Assembly: GCF_028641065.1 (NCBI RefSeq)
Contig: NC_073382.1
Location: forward strand, 58,342,001-58,406,000
Reading direction: 5' to 3'
DNA length: 64,000 nt
Source: Leucoraja erinacea
Lineage: Eukaryota
A program made the position numbers and the translations under genes. The notes under the pieces are model-generated. The model was not told the origin of the DNA. It saw nothing but the letters and a program-made list of their open reading frames with translations, and did not search any database. Of the stretch, positions 12,748 through 25,296 are shown one piece after another; position 1 is the first letter of the stretch, and each line of letters starts with the position of its first letter.

Positions 12748-13767
12748 TGAATGAATGAATGAATGAATCTCTTTATTGTCATTGCACATGGTACAACGAA
12801 ATTTAAAAGTCAATCCCATGGTGTGATTCACAAGAGCAATTTTAAATATATAAGAAAAGGTAAAATTATATACATATTAAAAACAAATACAGATAAATAA
12901 CAATAGCAGCTGAGGTAGAACCATTCAGTTGAATGTGAGTGTTATTTCTTATTTTGCATTGTTAAGTTCACGTATGGCTATGGGGTAAAGCTGTCTCTGA
13001 GTCTGTTTGTGCGAGTTTTGAAAGACCTGTACCGTCTGCCAGAGGGCAGTAGGTGGAACAGTTTGTGTCCAGGGTGGGAAGGGTCCTTCAGGATGTTGGC
13101 TGCCCTGCCAAGGCAGCGAGAGCTGAAGATGTCCTTCAGGGACGGCAGTGGGCAGCCAGTGATTTTTTGTGCGGTGTTGATGACCCGTTGAAGGGCTCTC
13201 CTGTCCGCTGCAGAGCAGCTGGCATACCATGTGGTTATACAGTACGCCAGCACACTCTCGATGGAGCAGCGGTAGGGCACCAGCAGCTTCTCCTCCAGGT
13301 TGTTTTTCCTGAGGATCCTCAGAAAGTAGAGTCGCTGCTGGGCCTTCTTGACTGCTGTGGTGGTGTTTGTAGTCCAGGAGAGATCCTCCGTAATTTGTGT
13401 GCCCAGGAGTCTGAAGTCTGATACCCTTTCCACACAGTCCCCATTGATGAATAGGGGTTTGGGGGCTGCACTGTTCTTACGGAAGTCTATGATAATTTCC
13501 TTTGTTTTTGTGGTGTTTAGGATGAGGTTGTTGTCTGAACACCACGCTGCCAGTCTTTGGACTTCCTCCCTGTAGGCTGTCTCATTTCCTCCTGAGATAC
13601 GTCCAACCACAGTCGTGTCGTCCGCAAACTTGACGATGGTGTTGGTGGAGTGGGCGGGGGCACAATCGTGGGTGTAGAGGGCGTAGAGGAGGGGGCTCAA
13701 CACACAGCCCTGTGGGGAGCTGGTGCTGAGTGTGATGGGGGTGGAGAGGTGATGGCCCAGTCTGACG
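12748..13767 (-). mobile_element. Rex1/Babar LINE, 5'-truncated, RT C-terminal half largely intact
   Basis: ORF 12978-13817 encodes PQGCVLSPLLYALYTHDC, KFADDT, KKAQQRLYFLR, ILKDPSHPGH and LPSGRRYRS. The tail is caatgacaataaa plus (ATTC)n. Confidence 0.92.
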
Positions 13768-15355
13768 GTGGTTACACCAATCTTAAAGAAACCTGGTCTT
13801 GATCCCTCCTCTCTCATTAACTACTGCCCAATCTCAAACCTCCCCTTTCTTTCAAAAACCCTGGAGTGTATAGTTGCGTCGCAACTTCATTCCCACCTCC
13901 CTGCGTATAACCAACTTGAACCCATCCAATCTGGCTTTCGCCTCCTCCATAGCACAGAAACTGCTCTCCTCAAAGTCCTCAACGACCTCCTCACCTCTGC
14001 TGACACTTGTTCCCTCAACATCCTCATCCTCCTCGACCTGAGCGTAGCCTTCGATACAGTGAACCATAACATCCTGCTCACCAGACTCGAGGACCTCGGC
14101 ATTGAAGGCTCTGCACTCAGCTGGCTCCGTTCCTACCTTTCCAACAGATCCCACTTCATCTCTCTCCACAACCACACCTCTGCTACAGCCACAGTCACTC
14201 AAGGCGTTCCCCAAGGCTCTGAACTCGGCCCCCTCCTCTTCATCATCTACATCCTCCCCCTTGGTCAGATACTCCGCCACTTCAACCTGAACTTCCACTG
14301 TTACGCCGATGACACCCAGATCTACCTCGGCACCAAATCCCCCCACAACCCCCCTCTCCCATATCAACTCCTGTTTGGCAGCTATAAAAACCTGGATGCA
14401 ACATAACTTCCTCAAACTCAACAGCGATAAGACAGAATTCCTCCTCATAAGCTCCAAAGCCACACTCAGCAAAATCAGTAACCCCACTCTCATCATCGAC
14501 GGCACCACTGTCTCCCCATCTCCCCAGGCCCGCAACCTTGGCATGATCTTTGACTCCACCCTCTCCCTTGAGCCTCACATCCGCCATGTCATTAAAACCT
14601 CCCTTTCATCTCCGCAACATCGCCAAACTCAGACCATCTCTCACACGTCCCGCTGCTGAAAGACTCATCCATGCCTTCATCTCCTCCCGACTGGACTATT
14701 GCAACTCACGTCTCCTTGGCATCAGCTCCACCTACATCAACCGACTCCAACTGGTCCAGAACGCAGCCGCCCGACTCATCACCCACACCAAATCCTGGCA
14801 TCACATCACTACAGTCCTCAAACAACTTCACTGGCTTCCCATCTCCCACCGGATCACCTACAAAATCCTGATCCTCACCTACAAAGCCCTCCACCATCTG
14901 GCCCCCCCATATCTCACTGACCTCCTCTCCCCCTACCAACCCTCATGGTCCCTCAGATCCACATCAGCCGGTCTCCTCTCCATCCACATGTCCAACCTCC
15001 GCAGTTTTGGGGACAGAGCCTTCTCCAGGGCAGTTCCCAGGCTCTGGAACTCCCTCTCCCAACTGATCCGCAATTCCGTGTCCCTCACCATCTTCCAGTC
15101 CCGCCTCAAGACCCATCTCTTCACCTCTGCCTATCCTTAGCCCCACGTCTCCCTCCCTTTTCATCTGTGCATTAATTGCCTCATATTGTGTTTTGAATTG
15201 TATTCTGTCTTTACTTTGTGTACTAGTCATGTCTCTACTATTTATTTCATTCCCCTTACATGTTTTTCCTCTACATGCTAAATTTTTGTAAGGTGTCCTT
15301 GAGACTCTTGAAAGGCGCCCATAAATAAAATTTATTATTATTATTATTATTATTA
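13768..15355 (+). mobile_element. L2 LINE, 5'-truncated, with frameshifted ORF2
   Basis: Encodes VTPILKKPGLDP, PISNLPFLSK, QSGFR, LDLSVAFDTV, GVPQGS, YADDTQIY, SRLDYCN, QLHWLP and GDRAFS. Ends ataaataaaa(tta)n. Confidence 0.93.
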
Positions 15356-15559
15356 TACATTTCCCTCCATTTTTTAAAAATATAAAGAGGACATTGACCC
15401 AAATTTGGTTGAGCAGCTCCACATCCATGGGGATAAATTCACTGCTCCACAAATTCCCAATTCAGAGCTACAGAGATCTCCTGGACCAAGTTGATGATGA
15501 GCATCTGCATCTGGAGGACCTCACAAAATAATCGGGTTTCGGAGTTAAGCCAGAGCAGT

Positions 15560-15730
15560 CAATATTAATTGGGGAATAAAACATTGGACAGGTTATCAGA
15601 AAAAAACACCCAGCCGTTCTTTGAAATAATGCCATAGGATCGTTAAAATCCAGCCAAAATGATAAAGTTATATCTTCCGATTAACCAATACAGAGCAAGA
15701 GCCCTCTGAGCACAGGCTCAATTACGAGTA
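15560..15730 (-). mobile_element. Ancient Deu-SINE (SacSINE1/AmnSINE1-like) fragment
   Basis: ggggaataaaacattggacagg...ttctttgaaataatgccataggatc resembles the reverse complement of the Deu domain as I recall it. Highly diverged. Confidence 0.4.
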
Positions 15731-15801
15731 AAAGAAATCAAGGTAATTGATTTGAAACATCAATACATTGTTCTCTCCAGAGTTGGTGTTAAAGCTGTTA
15801 C

Positions 15802-16553
15802 AAATGTTATCCAAATATATCCACCACTTGTGATAAATGTCTAGCCCAAAAGGCAACTATAACACACTCCTTAGTTTCCTAAACTTTATAGATTTTGGAA
15901 TGATATTTTTGAAATATTTACAAAATTATTCAAGACAAGAATGGAACCTAATACTGAAATGATTATATTTGGCGTAATGGAAGATGGGAATAAATTGAAC
16001 ACATCTCAAAATCTATTCCTTAACTATGGTTTAATAATAGCAAAAAAATTAATACTTAAATTTTGGAAGGGTACATCAATACCAACGCTTAAAATGTGGA
16101 TTGCAAGTATGTTGGACACAGCTCATCTTGAGGAAATGCGATTCCTCCTAATGGATAAATCAGACCAATTCATAACGAGTTGGTCTCCATTCGTCGGTTT
16201 TTTTGGAATCATATGGTGCAACACAATTGTAAAATAACTGTTTCAGGTCTGGACGAGGGTTGGTCAAGATTATAAATAATGATCTCCTTTCCTTTTTTAT
16301 TTTATCTTCTTTTCTCTATTTTCTCTCTCAACTTTCTTCATTTACTCGTTTTCTTTCTTCACACACTATATATTTCACATCTTTCTATCCTTTACTATCT
16401 AACTTATTTTTCTTATTCTAATCTTTTTTCAATGTAACAAAAAAAAAAAAGTTGTACATAAAATGTATTATGAAAATATATATTAGGCACTTTGGTGCCA
16501 TATGACTGTACTTACTTCTAATAAAATAAAAATAAAAAAAATAAAAAATAAAA
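15802..16553 (+). mobile_element. L1-clade LINE 3' fragment with poly(A) and 11-bp TSD
   Basis: Remnant CCHC motif (CDKC...H) and AKKLILKFWK..IPTLKMW. AATAAA and an A-rich tail follow. TSD AAAGCTGTTAC at 15791-15801 and 16554-16564. Confidence 0.85.
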
Positions 16554-16574
16554 AAAGCTGTTACGTACTGTTAC

Positions 16575-16930
16575 ATACGAGCTGGTCATAGACTGCCATA
16601 AACAGGGCTGGAAGGCAAGGTATATGCCCATCGAGGTTGGCTGCAGAGATTTTGCAGGGCAATCGCTCTACAAAGCCTTGAGTGCGCTGAGCTTCAACGG
16701 AATGGAGAGGAGAAGAGCCATCAAGAACACCACAGAGGCAGCGGAGAAGGCCTCAAGTTGGCTCTGGATCAGGAGAGGAGGTCCATGGGGAGGAGCGAAT
16801 GCCACCTCAACACGTCATGGTCTGATCAACCACGGCTGGGTCGCCCGGGTGAGGGTGTCTGATGTTGAAAGACCCGAAACACCCAATGACCCCAGGTTAC
16901 ATCACTGATATGTCCAGGAGCATCAATAGA
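16575..16930 (+). mobile_element. RLE-type non-LTR retrotransposon (Hero-like) C-terminus and 3' UTR
   Basis: ELVIDCHKQGWKARYMPIEVGCRDFAGQSL...AAEKASSWLWIRR is a typical Hero/NeSL restriction-like endonuclease tail. Confidence 0.7.
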
Positions 16931-17133
16931 TGGGGGTTTTTAATCAATTACGTATTTCCAGCAATTTTTTTTGTTTCCAGAATAAATTTGCCAAATTTTC
17001 TTTTGGTATAACTGAGTCGTTGACATTTTGTAAAGTATTGATAACTGTTTGTTTTTAATCCACAAATCTACTGAAATATGAAAGATATGGAAGGTACAAT
17101 CAGCTATACCTATTGGCAGAAATTGCTTTTCTG

Positions 17134-18512
17134 CATAGAAACATAGAAATTAGGTGCAGGAGTAGGCCATTCGGCCCTTCGAGCCTGCACCGCCATTCAA
17201 TATGATCATGGCTGATCATCCAATTCAGTATCCCGTACCTGCCTTCTCTCCATACCCTCTGATCCCCTTGGCCACAAGGGCCACATCTAACTCCCTCTTA
17301 AATATAGCCAATGAACTGGCCTCAACTACCCTCTGTGGCAGAGAGTTCCAGGGATTCACCACTCTCTGTGTGAAAAAAGTTCTCCTCATCTCGGTTCTAA
17401 AGGATTTTCCCCTTATCCTTAAGCTGTGACCCCTTGTCCTGGACTTCCCCAACATCGGGAACAATCTTCCTGCATCTAGCCTGTCCAACCCCTTAAGAAT
17501 TTTGTAAGTTTCTATAAGATCCCCTCTCAATCTCCTAAATTCTAGAGAGTATAAACCAAGTCTATCCAGTCTTTCTTCATAAGACAGTCCTGACATCCCA
17601 GGAATCAGTCTGGTGAACCTTCTCTGCACTCCCTCTATGGCAATAATGTCCTTCCTCAGATTTGGAGACCAAAACTGCACGCAATACTCCAGGTGTGGTC
17701 TCACCAAGACCCTGTACAACTGCAGTAGAACCTCCCTGCTCCTATACTCAAATCCTCTTGCTATGAAAGCCAACATACCATTTGCTTTCTTTACTGCCTG
17801 CTGCACCTGCATGCCTACCTTCAATGACTGGTGTACCATGACACCCAGGTCTCGCTGTATCTCCCCCTTTCCCAATCGGCCACCATTTAGATAATAATCT
17901 GCTTTCCCGTTTTTGCCACCAAAATGGATAACCTCACATTTATCCACATTATACTGCATCTGCCAAACATTTGCCCATTCACCCAGCCTATCCAAGTCAC
18001 CTTGCAGTCTCCTAGCATCCTCCTCACACCTAACACTGCCCCCCAGCTTAGTGTCATCCGCAAACTTGGAGATATTGCCTTCAATTCCCTCATCCAGATC
18101 ATTAATATATATTGTAAATAGCTGGGGTCCCAGTACTGAGCCTTGCGGTACCCCACTAGTCACTGCCTGCCATTGTGAAAAGGACCCGTTTACTCCTACT
18201 CTTTGCTTCCTGTTTGCCAGCCAGTTCTCTATCCACATTAATACTGAACCCCCAATGCCATGTGCTTTAAGTTTGTATACTAATCTCTTATGTGGGACCT
18301 TGTCGAAAGCCTTCTGGAAGTCCAGATACACCACATCCACTGGTTCTCCCCTATCCACGCTACTAGTTACATCCTCGAAAAATTCTATAAGATTCGTCAG
18401 ACATGATTTACCTTTCGTAAATCCATGCTGACTTTGTCCAATGATTTCACCACTTTCCAAATGTGCTGCTATCCCATCTTTAATAACTGACTCTAGCAGT
18501 TTCCCCACTACC
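17134..18512 (-). mobile_element. Young CR1 LINE, 5'-truncated, uninterrupted RT reading frame of ~430 aa
   Basis: ORF 17225-18535 encodes QHGF, YLDFQKAFDKV, GVPQGSVLGP, KFADD, RPHLEY and FFTQRVV. Tail is (TTTCTATG)n. Confidence 0.95.
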
Positions 18513-18919
18513 GCATCTAATCCGAAACACAACAACGTTTTACAGATTAAGCTATTTCAATTTAAAATGTGAGGATATATTTCTGATAGTAATATACAAG
18601 TACATGCATTACTATAGAAAATAAACATTGGTAGAATAATGTGAGATTGTACACCACAACAAAGATTACAACAGAATTTATAGCATATTTTTAAGAACAG
18701 ATTTCAATTATTTTTCCTGTCATAGCATTAATAGTTATTGTATTAGAATTGATAGCACAGAAACAGGACATTTGTATTGACTGATCTTTACCATTATACT
18801 TGATCCATTTCAGCCTCTTTGCGTTTAATTCAGAAACACAAGAAATTGCAGATGCTAGAATCTTAAGCAAAGCGAAGTGCTGGAAGAACTCAGCGGGTGA
18901 GGCAGGTCAGATACAGGGA

Positions 18920-19190
18920 TGCACTATTGTTTGCATGCTATCCAATGAAATGAAATCACACTAAAAGCAGGTACAATCAAGCCATACCCAAGAACGCAAT
19001 GAAGATGGGTTGAAAGATCGAGCTTCCCCCATAAATTATGGGAAGACCATTCTATTAACGGCATGAAGAAGCTGTTCATGAATCTGGTGGTACATGCATT
19101 CAAGATTTTGTATTCTCTGCCCGATGGGAGAGGGAAGAAGAGGGAATGGCCGAGGTGAATAACAGTCCTTTGACAGACATCTGTCACTTT
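18920..19190 (-). mobile_element. Old Rex1/Babar 3' fragment
   Basis: HLGHSLFFPLPSGREYKIL..TTRFMNSFF in ORF 18924-19310. Confidence 0.7.
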
Positions 19191-21388
19191 GTTCACCGCC
19201 TCTGAGGTTAGAAGGTACGGTGAAGGGTGGACCGCTGGAGAGAGGAGCGGCAGAGTGGACAAAGCAAAGGGAAGAGGTGGCGGCAGTGGAGGGGGAAGTG
19301 GACTAAGCAACGGCTAACATGAAGCCACTGCTGGAGAGAGGGGAGAGAGCCTCAAGGTGACCGAGCGCCAAATGACGGTGGTGGCGGCCTGAAGAAAGTG
19401 GTGTCCCCAGTGGCTACAACGAGAGCGGTGACAACCGGAATGGTGCATCAACAGGTGAAGAAGGGCTCAATGGTGCACCTTGTGGAAGATGCCAGCAACT
19501 GGGCCCGGGAGTTGCTCTCTACTCTCTCTCGTTCTCACTCTCCTTCCCAGTGTCACACTAACAGTGGCTGAAAATAGAAGAGCAGCGAGCCCAGGTAATG
19601 TTGTTGCATCTATGAAGTGGATGGGAAGTCCTTGCCATCCTCCTGTTGCAATAACAGGTCATTCAGGAAACGGGACCACCTATTGTGAATTGGTTACCTA
19701 AGTGGGATTTTACACAACTCGCTTATTACGCAAGGCGGGGAGTATCTGTACATATAACAGAGTAATATTGATAACACAAAGTCCTCAAACTATTATTCAA
19801 AAATCAAACTGCAAAGGTCTTGAATAGCAGGAGAGAAATGTGGATGATTTGGCGTCTTACACTAAATGTGGAACTTTAATCTCTTGCTAATCAACTAAGA
19901 ACTTGTGAGGAATAGACCACTTAGATCTTTTAGACCTAACTCCACACAGCTACTCAATATTTCTTAATAATATAAAAAAAATTGTAACAATTAACATCTG
20001 ACCTAGCATCAACTGCAGTTTACAGAAGTGAGTTCCAACACATTGCAGAACTGAACCAATTCCCACTCCGTATTTACCAGAGTGAGTAATATGTTCAGCT
20101 AGATTCCAGCCCGAAGCAATGAAGTTTAAAATTCACCCTGTGTTTCACACATTTTGGTACCTAAATGACTTCTTTGAAATTACAACCAAAATTATTTAAG
20201 TGCAATTAAAGACAGATGGAAAACATTTGTGTTTTTGGAAGTAAACACTAAAGTATTGCCGCAATACGTCATTATTTTCTGAAACTTATTTGTCCATTCC
20301 AGGCTCTTACAAAAAACAGCTGCAAGTACTGAACCAAGTTAAGGATAGTTGCTCATCGAATAACCTTATTGATACAGCCTATTGTTGAGTTGAGCTCTTA
20401 AAGAGAGCTTAGCCAGAAATACAAATAATCAATGCAACAGTTCTATAAAGAATTGTTTGCTGATTTGGAAAGTTGGAACAATATTGAACACATCAACTTA
20501 CACAAGTGTGTATTGATTTGGGAGGGAAATACAAAACAAATTCCAATTTTAATTATTTTAGTGGTATTAATAAAACTCTCTCCATTATGTCAAAATACAA
20601 GATTGTAGTTAGAATTTATAATTGCATTTTATCAACCAAAAATACCTGCATGTAAAAGTGCAAAGCAAAATTGAATCCTTGGTGGAAATAATTTTAGGTT
20701 GAAGCCCACCAAATCTTAGATTAAATCAAAATACAATAAATGCATTAAAAAAAAATCATGGGAATCAGCCATCTCTGGAATTGGTGCATTCATCTCTGAA
20801 CTATTGATACAATGAATAATGATAGCTAGCCATCAGGAAAGCAGACGTCCATTTTTAAAAGAGGGAATTGAACGGTCCCATTGAAGAAAAGTCAAATAAT
20901 TGTAACTCTTTGATCATACCTTTGATGCCACTCTACCTTATACTTGCAATTTTGAAGTACACTTCTTTTTAATTATAGCTGCAATTATAGTGAGCATCAA
21001 ATGGCATTTGTATGCCAATCTGCTCTGTGCTGTCAGTATTTTATAAATGTCTTCCAATTTTTGTCTTTAAACACATTATGAATAATTCACTTGCAGCTGA
21101 AGCAACTCTGCTGATTAACCAATTGCTGCAATGAACTCTGGTACCCTGCAGTCCACAGTAACTGCAAATATTCCAGAAACACTCAGGCTAATGGGTTAGA
21201 CAGGGCTGCCAACTCTCACGCATTGAGCGCGAGAATCACGCATTTCGCCAAATTCTCACGCTCTCACGCTGATCACAAATTTCTCACATTCTGTCGTGAG
21301 AAATTCTGTGATCAACGAAAATTTAAAAATCATATCAACTGCATGGGCCACGGGTGTTTGAGAGCAGGGGCTGGGGGAGGGATGGAAG

Positions 21389-21800
21389 TAGAATCAGAAT
21401 CAGAATGCTTTATTGTCATTGCATGTGTCACATACAACGAGATTACTGTGTCTCTCCATTTAAAAGAACTTCAAACATTCACATACTCATACATTTTACA
21501 CTCCCTCCCTCCCCAAACCCACCCATGGATTCACATTTACATAAATTAACACTGTCTCCCACCCCCCCTCCTTCCCCATAACCCGCTCCCGAGACAGAAG
21601 CAGCGGCAGGGCCAGATGCGGATGGGGAGCCGTGGCTGGCGAGTGTTTGCCGGGCTGGCAAGTTGCTCGCTGCAGCTCCGGCCATGGAGCAGCCCCATTG
21701 CAAGAGTCCCGGGCCGTCGAAGACGTCGGAAGCATTGCGCCGCTGCCGTGAGAGTCTCTGTGCCAAATTCGCCCAGGTGACCGGCATGGATCAGGCTGCG
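21389..21800 (-). mobile_element. Non-autonomous element with GC-rich body and Rex1-type tail
   Basis: Minus strand ends atctcgttgtatgtgacacatgcaatgacaataaagc(attctg)n, like the Rex1 tail at 12748-12800. Confidence 0.55.
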
Positions 21801-21944
21801 GTTCGGTGCATTATGGAGGACAACAATGGCTGCTGGAAGTAAGTACCAAGCACTGGATAAAAACTGGATGGAAGATAGTGGCCTACAAATGAGGGTGGTT
21901 GGAGAAAGCACCCTGCTTGCCTGCTAGATTTTCACTTACTGTAA

Positions 21945-22287
21945 CTGCAGGAAAAATGTTCCCGATGTTGGGGGAGTTCAGAACCAGGGGTCACAGTTTA
22001 AGAATAAAGGGTAGGCCAGTTAGGACTGAGATGAGGACAAACTTTCTTCATGCAGAGAGTTGCGAGTCTGGGGAACTCTCTGCCACAAATGGCAGTAGAG
22101 GCCAATTCACTGGATGTTTTCAAGAGATAGTTACATTTAGCTCTTGGGGCTAGCGAAATCAAGATATATCTGGAAAAACAGGAAAGAGGTACTGATTTTA
22201 GATGAACAGCCATGATCATATTGAATGGCAGTGCTGGCTCGAAGGGCCGAATGGCCTATTCCTGCACCTATTTTCTGTGTTTCTATG
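21945..22287 (+). mobile_element. CR1 LINE 3' fragment
   Basis: AGKMFPMLGEFRTRGHSLRIKG followed by the CR1 3' UTR. Confidence 0.88.
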
Positions 22288-22649
22288 CTTGAGTATATGG
22301 CAATAAAACTCGACCACTTGATTTTGAAGCATTAATGCATGGTGGAGGTATAATGGCGTGATAGAGTGATAAAGTGTGAAAACAGGCCCTTCAGCGCAAC
22401 TTGCCCACACCCGTCAATGTGTCCCAGCTTCAATGCTTCAAATAAAAAACATTGAAATCATACTTCTACAATGCACTAAAACATGATTTTAATACATCAA
22501 ATTTCAAGAAGTCCCTACCGTGAGAGTAATTGGGAATGGGTTCCTATTAAATCTTTCCTCTCTCATCTTAAACCTATGTCCTCTGGTTCTCAATTCCCAT
22601 ACTCTGGGTAAAAAACTCTGCATTTACTCTACATCTGCTTCTATCATAA

Positions 22650-23420
22650 TTCAAGATTCAAGAGAGTTTATTGTCATGTGTCTCAGATAGAATAATGGAA
22701 TTCTTGCTTTGCTTCAGCACAACAGAATATGGTAGGCATGAATACAGAACAGAGTGTCCATATACCATTATATAAATATATACACACATTAATAAATAAA
22801 CAGATAAAGTGCAAATAAACAGATAATGGGCTATTAAGGTTCAGTTTTGTTTGAGTTGAGTTTAATAGCCTGATGGCTGTGGGGAAGTAGCTATTACTGA
22901 ACCTGGACTTTGCAGTCTTCAGGCTCCTGTACCTTCTACCTGGTGGTAGCGGGGAGATGAGTGGGTGGCCAGCATGGTGTTGGTCCTTGATGAAGCTGCC
23001 AGCCTTTTTGAGGCAGCGACTGCGATAAATTCCCTCGGTGGTAGGGAGGTCAGAGCTGATAGAAACATAGAAATTAGGTGCAGGAGTAGGCCATTCGGCC
23101 CTTCGAGCCTGCACCGCCATTCAATATGATCATGGCTGATCATCCAACTCAGTATCCCGTAACTGCCTTCTCTCCATACCCTCTGATCCCCTTAGCCACA
23201 AGGGCCACATCTAACTCCCTCTTAAATATAGCCAATGAACTGGCCTCGACTACCCTCTGTGGCAGAGAGTTCCAGAGATTCACCACTCTCTGTGTGAAAA
23301 AAGTTCTTCTCATCTCGGTTTTAAAGGATTTCCCCCTTATCCTTAAGCTGTGACCCCTTGTCCTGATGATGGATTGGGCAGTGTTTATTACATTTTGTAG
23401 TCTTTTCTGCTCCTGGGCAC
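22650..23420 (-). mobile_element. Rex1/Babar 3' fragment interrupted by a CR1 insertion
   Basis: SDLPTTEGIYRSRCLKKAGSFIKD...PPGRRYRSLKT with a (TCTTGAA)-type tail. Continues after 23367. Confidence 0.85.
23061..23362 (-). mobile_element. Young CR1 3' end inserted in Rex1, TSD CTGAT
   Basis: Near-identical to 17134-17441. CTGAT at 23056-23060 and 23363-23367. Confidence 0.9.
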
Positions 23421-24554
23421 ATTGTGGATAAAGTTTATGAAAAAGGAAGAAAATAAACAGGAAATAGGAAAGATCCTAGGGAAGATTGGAGAAGTAGAAA
23501 ATCAAAGAACTACAGAAGCTGAAATGTGAAATTGGACAGAAAATACTGGAAGTACTCAACTTGTCAGAGAGTATCAGCGAAAATGGGAAGCAGAGCTCAA
23601 GGTCATTGAGGATCTCAAAGAAAAACGTTAATATTAAGTTGCAGAAAGGGTGGGGAAAGATAGACAGATGCCTCTGATGGGGTAAGGCCAGACTTGCCGC
23701 AGGGGTAAATTACAAAAAGGTCATCCAGTCAAAGGCTTAACAGGCACAGACAGAACGAACTTGAACAAAAGGGAATTTTAAAAAAGCAAATAGATTAGGC
23801 TGCTTAAAGAGCAATTACACAAAGAAATGTAAAAGTTCTGATACGCAGATCTGTAGGATGTGACTGAAAGTCAAGCAATGTTAAGGGAGTGAAAAAAAAC
23901 TGAGCTAAACTGGGCTGACCAGTTCTGACACAGATTGAGAATACAAGTTAACTAAAGTTTATAGAATTCAAAATCAAAGCAAAAATAATAAAATATAATA
24001 AATAAAAAAACAAGAGTGACAAGTGAAAAGAACAAAACTGGACAGTTCTAATTAATCATCAATTCCCACAAGGGACAATAGATGTGTCTCAAAACTGGAA
24101 GAAAGGTGACAGCAAATTTAACAGAAAATAAGAGAAACAAAGTATCTAGCAAGATAAGAATGCAGAAGCAATGAAAAGACACCAATGTATGAGCAGGTTC
24201 CCATGCAATTCAACTACGAGATCATTTATGCTCACTTAAAAAAAAATAATAATAATCCCACACCGCACGGCTCTCAGTAATCCACTACAGCAATGGATAA
24301 TCAAGTTATGACTCAAAACTGGGTCCAACTAAGAATCCATTTTAGGTCATTCAACTAAGGGATTGTTTAAAAAAAAAATCTGTTGCTTATTTTGAGTAAT
24401 ATTCACATCCTAAGTACATTCGAAGTAATTCATTACCAAAGAACAGCTTTCAGGGTATTAATTTAAAATATAGAAATGTGCTAACTACAAGTAGATATAC
24501 GATAAATAACTACTGCTTACTGAGCTTCATGTATCCAACCAGCGATTGGATTAC

Positions 24555-24785
24555 ATTAACATTACCCTACACACACTGGGAACAATTTACACTTATACCA
24601 GGCCAATTAACCTACAACCCTATATGTCTTTGGAGTGTGGGAGGAAACCAAAGATCTTCAGAAAACCAAGCGGTCATGGGGAGAACGTACAAACTCCATA
24701 CAGACAGCACCATAGTCGGGATCAAACCCGGGTCTCTAGCGCTGCAAGTGCTGTGAGGCAGTAACTCTACCACTGCGCCACCTGC
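24555..24785 (-). mobile_element. HE1-like V-SINE
   Basis: Reverse-complement tRNA head (gtggcgcagtggtagagttactgcc, cccgggtttgatcc) and V domain. Confidence 0.8.
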
Positions 24786-24910
24786 TCAACTCTCTAGTTC
24801 TATCAGCAGATTGTTTGCTGCTCCAGATTCCAGCATCTGCAGTCTCTTGTGTCTCCAACTCAATCCAAATCCCAGCTAGTTGTACGGTAAGGAACTGCAG
24901 ATTCTGGGTA

Positions 24911-25210
24911 ACATAGAAACATAAAAAATAGGTGCAAAAGTAGGCTATTTGGCCATTCGAGCCAGCACTGCCATTCAATATGACCATGGCTGATCATCCA
25001 AAATCAGTACTCCATTCTGGCATATCCTTTGATTCCCTTAACCCCAAGAGCTAAACCTCTCTCTTGAAAACATCCAATGAATTGGCCTCCACTGCCTTTT
25101 GTGGCAGATAATTCCACAGATTCACAACTCTCTGGGTGAAAAACTTTTTCCCTCGTCAGTCCTAAATGGCCTACCTCTTATTCTTAAACTGTGACCTCTG
25201 GTTCTGGACA
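24911..25210 (-). mobile_element. CR1 3' fragment
   Basis: (catagaaa)n tail and CR1 3' UTR. Confidence 0.85.
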
Positions 25211-25296
25211 AAAAATAACATGCACAAATTGCTGGGGAAACTCAGCTGGTCCAGCAGCATCTCTGGAGAATAGGCTTGTTTTACACACCTTCATAT

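Larger units (their letters stand above)
21201..22525 (+). mobile_element. Possible hAT DNA transposon relic with nested insertions
   Basis: Starts CAGGGCTGCCAAC (a hAT-type terminus) with repeated CTCACG subterminal motifs. The matching right TIR was not found. Confidence 0.4.

Noticed and set aside
12978-13817. 279-aa ORF as one protein
   Set aside because: Its N-terminus is antisense L2 sequence read across the Rex1/L2 junction. The rest is a truncated RT.
13852-14559. Long antisense ORFs over L2, CR1 and Penelope (also 17913-18431 and 59030-59707)
   Set aside because: Shadow frames of retroelement coding sequence.
16850-16915. CTGATG...GAAAC in the Hero-like 3' UTR as a hammerhead
   Set aside because: The core is CTGATGT rather than CUGANGA, and no helix III or cleavage triplet can be arranged. 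It is just a stem-loop.
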